64,000 bases of DNA from a virus (taxonomy: Duplodnaviria > Caudoviricetes), in the IMG/VR virus record IMGVR_UViG_3300036790_000048, positions 64,001 through 128,000 of that record, one strand, 5' to 3'. The notes beneath the pieces were generated by a model. That model saw only the letters and a list, made by a program, of their open reading frames with translations. It searched no databases and was not told the DNA's origin. Within the stretch, counting starts at the first letter, position 1; every line of letters begins with the position of its first letter. Below are positions 54,026-61,693 of the stretch, one piece after another. The position numbers were made by a program, and so were the translations under genes.

Positions 54026-54538
54026 TCAGGCCTTGACGAGCGCCTGATCCAGGTTGTAAAGGTCCTCCGGTGTGACGTACCCAGGCCACCGGTTGTCCGT
54101 GAACAGGTGCACGCCCTGGTCCATGTACGCCTGGTCGCACAGCTGCGAGCAGATGAGGTGGCCGCTGCTGGCGATGTAGTTCTTGAGCGCTGGCCCAGGG
54201 ATGTCCAGCCGGTGCGCAGCCAGGGCAAAGTAGTCCGCGAAGCTGTAGCCGACCCCGGTGTACTTCTGCGCGCCCGCCCAGACAGCGGTCAGCGTCTTGG
54301 CATTGGTCAGCTTGGCAATGCTCGTGCACCAGTAGATGCTGCTGTACTCGCTGACGTTGCCGACCCGCGCCCCGCCGGGCTCGGCCTCCAGTATCCGGCC
54401 GCCAGGGCCGAGCAGGAACGCGTGCTCCCAGTCCTTGAACCCGTCGCCGTTCAGCCACTGGCCGATCTCGATCAGCTTGCCGACGTTCCCTGATATCTGA
54501 GTCAGCCCGATCGTGCCGGGCAGTACCGAAGCAGCCAT
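54026..54538 (-). CDS. Permuted papain-like NlpC/P60 protein
   Basis: His before Cys: WEHAF...ILEA...GVGYSF...LICSQL...VTPEDL. Confidence 0.75.
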   Translation of the reverse strand: MAASVLPGTIGLTQISGNVGKLIEIGQWLNGDGFKDWEHAFLLGPGGRILEAEPGGARVGNVSEYSSIYWCTSIAKLTNAKTLTAVWAGAQKYTGVGYSFADYFALAAHRLDIPGPALKNYIASSGHLICSQLCDQAYMDQGVHLFTDNRWPGYVTPEDLYNLDQALVKA

Positions 54539-54545
54539 GCCATGC

Positions 54546-54725
54546 CTATCGGCACTCGTTCAGCACCTGGTGGTACCACACCGCGGCCTGGTGATCGCCA
54601 GTCGCCCTCAGCCCAGCCGTGCGCTCGGACAGGTACTGGATGACCGCACCCAGCGCCGTGTCCGCCGCCCTCTCGTCATGTCCGTCGCGCACCATGGCGT
54701 TGACCAGGTGCTCGCGCATGTCCAT
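54546..54725 (-). CDS. 59-aa hypothetical protein
   Basis: TGATG coupling. Its stop is the TAG of the late motif. Confidence 0.5.
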   Translation of the reverse strand: MDMREHLVNAMVRDGHDERAADTALGAVIQYLSERTAGLRATGDHQAAVWYHQVLNECR

Positions 54726-54916
54726 CAGTCGTCGGACATCTCAGCCCAGTCAGCCGGGAGGTCAGGGACCACCCCGTCCGGCAGGCTCTCGATGTCCCGG
54801 CCGATCTGATCCCACAGTGTCCGGTTGGCTGGCGTGTCCGGCACCCCGTCCGGCGGGTACGCCCCGCCAGCCAGGATCTCCCGCATCATCGCCGCAGCGA
54901 CTGCTCCCTGGCTCAT
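54725..54916 (-). CDS. 63-aa acidic protein coupled to the zeta-like gene
   Basis: ATGA overlap at 54913-54916. Confidence 0.55.
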   Translation of the reverse strand: MSQGAVAAAMMREILAGGAYPPDGVPDTPANRTLWDQIGRDIESLPDGVVPDLPADWAEMSDD

Positions 54917-56652
54917 CCTGCCGCCTTGACCTTGAATCGCTCCCACAGAGCCGGGTGGTCCACCGTGAACGACCCACCCTCTGGCTGGTGCGCTACGAGC
55001 ACAGGCTTTGACCCGATCGGCCCGCTGTTGTCCCATAGCTCCGTACTGTCAAAGAGGCCGTTGGTCGCCGCCCTCGTGTACGTGTCCGCCACCCCGGTGT
55101 GCGTTGCGCGGATGACCGACTCGGGCACCATGCGCCCGGTCTGCTGCCCCCTGATCGTGGCCCGCTTCACCGCCTCAGGCGTCTCAACGTCAACGTACCT
55201 CCCACTAGTGGTATACCCATTAGCCTGGGCTCTACGCACCTTGTCAGACATCTTCTCCACGCTGGTGTCGCCCGTGCCATCCAGCGTGAAGTTGATGCGC
55301 CGCCGCATGGCCTCGCGCATCGCCTGCTTGGCGATCTCGCTGGACTCCTCGTGCACATACACCGACGCCGACTTGTCCCCCGCGTCTCGCATCCTCTTGT
55401 ACTCAGGCAGCTTCTCCTTGATGTCATCCGAGTTGATGACCGCCGAGTTGCTGCGCTCGCGCGGGCTGCCGAGCACCGTGGACTTGCCGCTCCCCGGACC
55501 GCCGCCGTAGAACGTGGCCCGCGGATGCGCCTGCGGCTCGTGCCCAGCCAGGATTCCGTCAATGATGTGCTGGTGCAGGACCGCCCGATCCGGGGCGATC
55601 GACCCGTCAGGCAGGGTGTGCTTCTCCAGCGAGTCCTTGGCCCGCACATGCGGCGGGAAGTACCCGTTGCCCGTCTTGAAGTGGTAAGCGCCGCCGACCG
55701 AGTGCGCATACGCGCCGATCCTCTCGACCTCATCCGGCGTGTCCACCACGACCACCGGGTCAAAATCAATGCGGTGGTTGTCGTCGTCGTGGAACACGCC
55801 CAGGTAGTACGACTGCCGCTCCAGCACCGGCCGGTAGGTTTCCAGCGCGTGGTCCATCGCCGTGCGGAACTGCTTCTCGCTGGCGTCCTCGGGCACGCTG
55901 ACCTTGGGCGTCTTGGCCGGCTTGACCGACAGCGCGTACTTGTCCGCCGTGGACTCCAGCACCTGCCCGGTGTGCGCGTCGATCGTCGCGCCGCCCCACG
56001 GCTTGCGCACCTCGTTCCACGCGTGGTCCGAGACGACGCCCCAGTTCTGCTCCAGCCCGGTGGCAGGTGCCTTGTCCCGCTTCATCTTGTCGATGATCGA
56101 GTTGCCCTCGCGCGCCAGCTGCCTGAACTCCTCCGGGCTCACCGCGCGGCTGTTGCCCCTGGCCTCGGACTCGATGATGTGCGGATAGTGCTTGTCCCGC
56201 ACGCGCCAGGCCGCCTCGCCGCGCTGCTCCCAGATGCGCTGGCCCTCACGCCACTTGTCAGCCGGGATGAACTCGCCGCGGGGCCGCTTGCGCGTGACGT
56301 AGCCGCGGACGTGCTCTATCCGGCCGCGCTCCCGGCGGACAGACGGCCGGACCTGCGCCAGCCCTACCGCCGGGTCAGGCTCCTCTTCCGGCTCCCCGTC
56401 CTGCGCGTCGTCCGCGGCCGACCGCCAGTGGCCAGGACCCCGCCACCGCACCTGGTCAGGCACGCGCACGTACGACACGTAGCCGTTGTACTTGCCCTCC
56501 AGGTGCGCGAACCCCTTCTCCGGGCTGCCCTGCTGCTGCGATACCTGGTCCGCTATCTCCTGCAGGCTGGGCGTGCTGCCCGTCAGCCTGCCGTCAGCCA
56601 GCTCGATGGTGCCAGCAATGCCCTGCCGCGTGGCCACCTGCAGTGTGGTCAT
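54913..56652 (-). CDS. Multidomain protein with a C-terminal zeta-toxin-like P-loop kinase
   Basis: GGGPGSGKS, INSDDIK, VHEESS, LDGT, AVKRATIRG..TGR.VP and LWDNS. Confidence 0.85.
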   Translation of the reverse strand: MTTLQVATRQGIAGTIELADGRLTGSTPSLQEIADQVSQQQGSPEKGFAHLEGKYNGYVSYVRVPDQVRWRGPGHWRSAADDAQDGEPEEEPDPAVGLAQVRPSVRRERGRIEHVRGYVTRKRPRGEFIPADKWREGQRIWEQRGEAAWRVRDKHYPHIIESEARGNSRAVSPEEFRQLAREGNSIIDKMKRDKAPATGLEQNWGVVSDHAWNEVRKPWGGATIDAHTGQVLESTADKYALSVKPAKTPKVSVPEDASEKQFRTAMDHALETYRPVLERQSYYLGVFHDDDNHRIDFDPVVVVDTPDEVERIGAYAHSVGGAYHFKTGNGYFPPHVRAKDSLEKHTLPDGSIAPDRAVLHQHIIDGILAGHEPQAHPRATFYGGGPGSGKSTVLGSPRERSNSAVINSDDIKEKLPEYKRMRDAGDKSASVYVHEESSEIAKQAMREAMRRRINFTLDGTGDTSVEKMSDKVRRAQANGYTTSGRYVDVETPEAVKRATIRGQQTGRMVPESVIRATHTGVADTYTRAATNGLFDSTELWDNSGPIGSKPVLVAHQPEGGSFTVDHPALWERFKVKAAG

Positions 56653-57920
56653 TTCACCGCCCATGATGGTAGGTCCAGAGGCCGCGCCGCCTGGTCGGCT
56701 GGCTCGGCCTGCTCCCGCAAGAAGTCAAGCCTCTCGATAGCCGTGGTGAGCCACTGCTCCCGACCGCGGGCAGCGAACTCCGGGGCGGTCGCCTCCAGCC
56801 TGCTGCGGATCTCGTCCATCAGCTCCGGGTGCTGGTTCCACCATTGCCCCGTGGTCGCCCGCCAGAACGGGCTGTAGACCTGCCCCCCGGCGAAGATCAG
56901 GCCGTGGTCGATGGGCACCGGCGTGCCGTCCGCCTGCATGATGTAGTTACCGCCGTGCCGGTCGATGTTCTGCGTCAGGTAGTCCATCAGCCCGATGCGC
57001 TTGCCCGCGTCGCTGTTGTATACCCGCTGCTTGGCCGCGTCCGGGTCAGGCTGCTTGTCTATCCAGTTGAGGAAGATCTCGCCGGGCGCGAACTCCTCGG
57101 CAATCTCGCCGTTGTCACCGAACAGCCCGTGCGCCGCCTGCACCTGCGCCACAGCCGGAGCGCCCGCGCCGACCGCCTGCGAGATGTGGTACGCCAGCAC
57201 CTCCCGGTCCACGGTGGGCTGCTCCATGCCCGACTTGTCCACCACCTTGTGACCGTCGTCCAGGTCGAGGACCTCCACGTGCCCCTGCACGCCCTGGTCA
57301 GGCTGCGCCGGGTCGCTCGTGCTGTGCTTCCGCAGCCCGTCCGCCACCTCCCGCTGCAGCTCGGCCATGCCCTGCGACGGAGAAAGGTGCTGCGGGTGCG
57401 CGGGCGGTTCCGGCTCCGACTCCGCCTGAGACGGCAGCCATCCCAGGATGAGACTGCGAGTCTGGTCCGGGTGGTCGTCCGGCACCAGCGTGTCCTGGTT
57501 GTCATCGTAGCTGACGTCGATCGCAGACTGGTCCACCCACCGGGGGATGCCGACCTTGGAGAAGAACACCCACCGGCCGTCGCGCAGCTGGATCGCGTGC
57601 TCGTCCGGGTGCTTAAGCGACCTCAGGTACTTGGCCCCCTCAAGCATGTCCTCGGACCTAGACCGCGACCGGGGGACGAACTGGTCCCGCGGCGGGAGCG
57701 CGCGGCGGAGGTTGTCCGGGACGCCCTTGTCCCACTCCGCCTCGCCGCGCTCCTCCCAGATGCGCTGGCCCTCCAGCCACTTCTCCTCGGGTATCCAGCC
57801 TTCCTTCGGCCGCCGGGTCACGTAGCTGCGGACGTGCTCGCGCCGCCCGTGCTCCACACGATCGAATGACTTGACCTGCGCGAGCGCCATCACGCTGCCG
57901 TCTTCCAGCCTGATGGTCAC
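56649..57920 (-). CDS. Protein with a C-terminal HipA/PI3-4-kinase-like domain
   Basis: VVDK, REVLAY, MDYLTQNIDRHGGN and PIDHG. Confidence 0.8.
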   Translation of the reverse strand: MTIRLEDGSVMALAQVKSFDRVEHGRREHVRSYVTRRPKEGWIPEEKWLEGQRIWEERGEAEWDKGVPDNLRRALPPRDQFVPRSRSRSEDMLEGAKYLRSLKHPDEHAIQLRDGRWVFFSKVGIPRWVDQSAIDVSYDDNQDTLVPDDHPDQTRSLILGWLPSQAESEPEPPAHPQHLSPSQGMAELQREVADGLRKHSTSDPAQPDQGVQGHVEVLDLDDGHKVVDKSGMEQPTVDREVLAYHISQAVGAGAPAVAQVQAAHGLFGDNGEIAEEFAPGEIFLNWIDKQPDPDAAKQRVYNSDAGKRIGLMDYLTQNIDRHGGNYIMQADGTPVPIDHGLIFAGGQVYSPFWRATTGQWWNQHPELMDEIRSRLEATAPEFAARGREQWLTTAIERLDFLREQAEPADQAARPLDLPSWAVK

Positions 57921-57929
57921 AGGAGGCTC

Positions 57930-58178
57930 CTAGTCGTCGCTCTCGTACAGCCCAGGGATCTCTGACAGAATTTTCCGCGCGCCAGAGACATCGGGGCCGC
58001 TGACCACAAGGCCGTGATCCTCCAGCGCCTGCAGGTCCCACGGCCCGAACTCGAACCTGTCTCGCGACTGCCTTGAGTACTCCATGAGAAGCACAAGCGC
58101 CACCGAGTAGGCCAGGCGCATGGACGCCCGGTAGCGGATGCTTTCAGTGATCTCGGCTGGCTGGGCCGGGGTGCTCAC
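57930..58178 (-). CDS. Hypothetical protein
   Basis: GTGA coupling. Confidence 0.45.
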   Translation of the reverse strand: MSTPAQPAEITESIRYRASMRLAYSVALVLLMEYSRQSRDRFEFGPWDLQALEDHGLVVSGPDVSGARKILSEIPGLYESDD

Positions 58179-58423
58179 TTAAGCACCACCCGCTGGATCT
58201 CATAGGAGATGATCGTCTCGTCCGTTCCCTCGATGACGCGCAGGTCGTGCGGCTGCGTACCACCGGACTCCGCCTCGATGATCTGCATGACCTCGTACCG
58301 GTCGGTCTCGTACCGGTCGTACTCGTCGCCCTCCGTGACCTCCGGGTCCGGTGGCTTGATCACCCACTCCACCCGCCGGATGGCCACCTCACGGCGCGGG
58401 AACTTGGTCTTCACGTCGCTCAC
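58175..58423 (-). CDS. Acidic hypothetical protein
   Basis: GTGA coupling to the MuF-like gene. Confidence 0.55.
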   Translation of the reverse strand: MSDVKTKFPRREVAIRRVEWVIKPPDPEVTEGDEYDRYETDRYEVMQIIEAESGGTQPHDLRVIEGTDETIISYEIQRVVLK

Positions 58424-59310
58424 TGTCTCCCCACCTCCCGGTGCTTCTGCAGCACCTGTCCTAGCTCGTGCACCGCCGCGTGGTGAAAGCCGCGCAGCGC
58501 CTCGTACCTGCCCTCGGACATGGCTCGCACGTCGTCGGCAGAAACGAATAGGTCTGGCGCCTCACGCGGTGAAGGCGCGGGGCTGGGCGTGCCAGACCGT
58601 ACCAGAATGATACGGCAGCGGCAGCGGGGATGCCGCGGCGGGCACGATAGATCGACGTAGACCCTGGGCGGCCTGCGCGTGCCGATGTAATCCCCTTCCG
58701 GGAACTCCTGCTCCACCGGCACCGCGGGCATGGCGTCCAGCGCTCGGCACCACCCGCACACCCGCTTGTCCGGCCGGCCGCGCGAGTCCTTGCGGCACTC
58801 CCATTTCTTCATCCAGCCGGGCTCAGCCCCAGCGAGCACCGCCTCGCCCGCGCGCCGCACTCCTGCCACGCTCTCGGTCATCTCATTGCGGAATCCAAGA
58901 TGCCAGGCCGCCGACGACAGCTGATTCCGCACCGCCGTGGCCCGCTGCTCGGCCGCCCGCATGACCGGGTTAGTCCCCGGCGTGCTGACGCCAGGCACGA
59001 ACGTGCCAGCCTGCACCGAGTAGAACGCCTGCGCGAACGCCGCGCGCATCGCAGCCGGTGCCTGGACGTACGCCTGCTCCACGTCCTGCTGCAGCCGGTC
59101 CCGGTACCGAGACGAACCCGGCGGCCACGCTTTATCGAGGCTGGCCTGAGCCTTGGCCTGAGCGTTGGCCAGGCTCCGCTCCATGGCGCGCATCACGTCC
59201 GGCCGCGCCAGCAGGTCGTACGGGTCAGCCTGCGGGTTGTTCCTGGTCACCGACTCCAGCAGAGCGACCCATGATCCGAACTGCCCCGCTACCTCACGCT
59301 GTAGGGTCAT
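58420..59310 (-). CDS. MuF/SPP1 gp7-like head morphogenesis protein
   Basis: KKW...VCGWCRALD...PPRHPRCRC. Directly follows the portal. Confidence 0.8.
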   Translation of the reverse strand: MTLQREVAGQFGSWVALLESVTRNNPQADPYDLLARPDVMRAMERSLANAQAKAQASLDKAWPPGSSRYRDRLQQDVEQAYVQAPAAMRAAFAQAFYSVQAGTFVPGVSTPGTNPVMRAAEQRATAVRNQLSSAAWHLGFRNEMTESVAGVRRAGEAVLAGAEPGWMKKWECRKDSRGRPDKRVCGWCRALDAMPAVPVEQEFPEGDYIGTRRPPRVYVDLSCPPRHPRCRCRIILVRSGTPSPAPSPREAPDLFVSADDVRAMSEGRYEALRGFHHAAVHELGQVLQKHREVGRQ

Positions 59311-61201
59311 CGCCGTACGGGTCGTCGCCCCGCATCTTGATCACGTCCGCCAGGATCTCCCCCACCAGGGACACCATGGCCCGGTCCTGCCGGCTGAACC
59401 CAGTCACCGGGTTCTGCGACTGCTGCCCGCCCGGCCGAGCGCCCCCGCTAGTGGGCGGCCGCGGCGGCGCACCGCCCCCGCCAGGTGGCTGGCCCGCCCC
59501 CTGCGGCTGCGGGCTGCCAGCGCCAGGCAGTCCGCCAGGAGGAGGCATGCCCCCGCCCATGCCCGGCATCCCACCACCGCTGGGGCTCTCCAGCTGATCC
59601 TGCATCTGGGACCGGTTCAGCTTCTGCTGCATCTGGTCCTCTTCGTTGGCCTCGCGCTCGATGGGACCGTAGTCGATGTCCAGGCCCAGGAACTTGGCCA
59701 TTTTCTTCTCCAGCTCCATGAGGAACTGCCTGCTCACAGCCCCAGGCGGAGCCGCCGCCAGCTTGTCGAACGTGTCCTGTATCGCAGCCTGCTGCTCCTC
59801 GGTCAGCACGCCCCACCGGAACACCGGGTACTTGGCCGACCCGAAGTTCCAGTCGATGAACCGGGGGATGATGTGGTGGTTGATATTCCACGCCATGTCG
59901 TCCATGATGGCCTGTTCCATCATCATGAACGTCTCGTCGTTCTCGTTCCCGAAGTCCAGCAGGGTGCCCTCGTTGTTGCCAGACCCCTGGTCGCTGTCGA
60001 ACCACGACGCCAGCACCGACTTGGACATCTGGTTGTTGTGGTGGTTGATCAGGCCGAGGTAGTCGAACTGGCTCTGCACCTCGTTCAGGCTGGTGACCGT
60101 CCAGTCCGAGGACGGGACCACGATGTACTGCGCCATGCCCAGGTCGCGCAGCGCCGCCGTGAAGTTCTGCTTGTCGCTCTTGGCCGGGTTGGGCGGCATG
60201 GTGCCCACCCGCGTGCCGACCGCGGCGCGCTGCGCAGCCAGGTGCGTGATGTAGTAGAGCTTGACCTTCTTGTCGTAGTGGTAGAACGCAGACTCGAACA
60301 GGCTGATCCCGTAGAACGGCCTCTCCTCTTCACCGTTGGCGAAGTAGAACGCCCGCTCCTTGGGAATCTTGACGTCGATCGTGCGCCCTTGGAAGAACGT
60401 CCGCTGCCGGAACCCGTTGAACTCGCCCTGCCCGTCCAGCAGGAACGTCAGCGTCTCCGCCGGCCTCCAGTCCATCTTGCGGATCGTGACCATGTTCTTC
60501 ATGGGGCCGGTCTTGGGCACCCAGTAGACCATCTCGAACCCGCTGAACCCGTCGAACGTGGCCAGCAGCATCCGCCGGATGAAGTGGTTGAAGCTGTGCG
60601 TCATCCCGCCCACGCTGGGCGGCAGGAAGAACATGTTGTGGATGAACTCGGTCTCCGCCTCGGCGGCCGACCCAGGGTCCTCGCCGTGCGGCAGCTGCTC
60701 TTTCCCCTGGTCCCCTGACGAAGGACCCTGCAGCGTCGTCTCCTCATCCGCCTTGCCGCCGACCGGCTCGTACTCCTCAGGCGGAACGATCGCCGCGTTC
60801 TTGAGCGCCGCCAGGATGGGCATGGTGACCAGCCGGTACAGCGCCCGCGCCTGCCCGTCCTGTCGCCGCATCCCGATCAGCTGGCGGATGGTCACCGGGT
60901 CGTCGCGGAAGATCTCCCAGCTGTCCCGGTACGGCGTGGCGAACGGCAGGTAGTACGGGACGCCGACGACGAAGTTCTCTTCCTCCGGCCGCGGGCGGGC
61001 CATCGGCCCGACGTCGGACGAGTCGAGGATGTACCCCTCTTGCCCGAAGCCCTGGCTGGTGACGCCCATGCCGCCAGGCGGCGAGCTGCCGAACCCGCCG
61101 GGCGGAGGGGCCAGCGACCCGGCCGCAGCCAGGCCCAGCATCTCGCCCTCAGCCTCGCGCGCTAGGCCGATGACATCGACTACGCCATCATCATTGCTCA
61201 C
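59294..61201 (-). CDS. Portal protein (DUF935/Mu gp29-like)
   Basis: GFSGFEMVY, PFYGISLF, INHHNNQMSKSVL and IIPRFIDWNF, with a G/P-rich tail. Confidence 0.88.
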   Translation of the reverse strand: MSNDDGVVDVIGLAREAEGEMLGLAAAGSLAPPPGGFGSSPPGGMGVTSQGFGQEGYILDSSDVGPMARPRPEEENFVVGVPYYLPFATPYRDSWEIFRDDPVTIRQLIGMRRQDGQARALYRLVTMPILAALKNAAIVPPEEYEPVGGKADEETTLQGPSSGDQGKEQLPHGEDPGSAAEAETEFIHNMFFLPPSVGGMTHSFNHFIRRMLLATFDGFSGFEMVYWVPKTGPMKNMVTIRKMDWRPAETLTFLLDGQGEFNGFRQRTFFQGRTIDVKIPKERAFYFANGEEERPFYGISLFESAFYHYDKKVKLYYITHLAAQRAAVGTRVGTMPPNPAKSDKQNFTAALRDLGMAQYIVVPSSDWTVTSLNEVQSQFDYLGLINHHNNQMSKSVLASWFDSDQGSGNNEGTLLDFGNENDETFMMMEQAIMDDMAWNINHHIIPRFIDWNFGSAKYPVFRWGVLTEEQQAAIQDTFDKLAAAPPGAVSRQFLMELEKKMAKFLGLDIDYGPIEREANEEDQMQQKLNRSQMQDQLESPSGGGMPGMGGGMPPPGGLPGAGSPQPQGAGQPPGGGGAPPRPPTSGGARPGGQQSQNPVTGFSRQDRAMVSLVGEILADVIKMRGDDPYGDDPTA

Positions 61202-61228
61202 ACGTCAGCTATCGGTGTCCAGAGATGT

Positions 61229-61687
61229 TTACGGCAGCAGCGGCACGACCGTGACAACATGGTCCCCCGGCAGCGTCAGGTGGTCCTGGTCACCGGGCTT
61301 ATGCAGGTTCTCCAGGTAGTGCGTGTAGACCTGAGGCGACGGTGCCGGGACGGCCGGTGCCATCCCAGGCTCCTGCACCTGGGGCTGCCCCGGCATCGGC
61401 TGCGCCCCCGGCTGCCCGGGCTTGGGCATGGGCTTGGCCCCCGGCAGCGGGGCCGCCAGCCCGACCTTGGCGTTCTTACCCCCCTTGGGCGGCTTGAACG
61501 CCGGAGCCGCGATGACCTTCCACAGCTCCGCTCCCATCTGGATGATGTCCCCGACGTTGACCTTGCTCCACGCCACCCGGTAGGGACGGCCTAGCCTGGG
61601 CTGGCCGTCCTTCACCGCAGTCGGCTTGGTGACCCTGACGGCTCCGCCAGCCAGGCGGACCACCCGCTCCAGGTGAGACTCACGCAT
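61229..61687 (-). CDS. Pro/Gln-rich hypothetical head-region protein
   Basis: Lies between terminase and portal. The late motif sits 7 nt upstream. Confidence 0.6.
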   Translation of the reverse strand: MRESHLERVVRLAGGAVRVTKPTAVKDGQPRLGRPYRVAWSKVNVGDIIQMGAELWKVIAAPAFKPPKGGKNAKVGLAAPLPGAKPMPKPGQPGAQPMPGQPQVQEPGMAPAVPAPSPQVYTHYLENLHKPGDQDHLTLPGDHVVTVVPLLP

Positions 61688-61693
61688 GCCTAT

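Noticed and set aside
54003-54458. N-terminal 152 aa of the 523-aa protease ORF
   Set aside because: It overlaps the NlpC/P60 gene in another frame. The late motif supports ATG 54002.
54913-55620. Classical epsilon-zeta plasmid toxin-antitoxin module
   Set aside because: No epsilon-like gene upstream. The zeta domain ends a multidomain protein in the head cluster.
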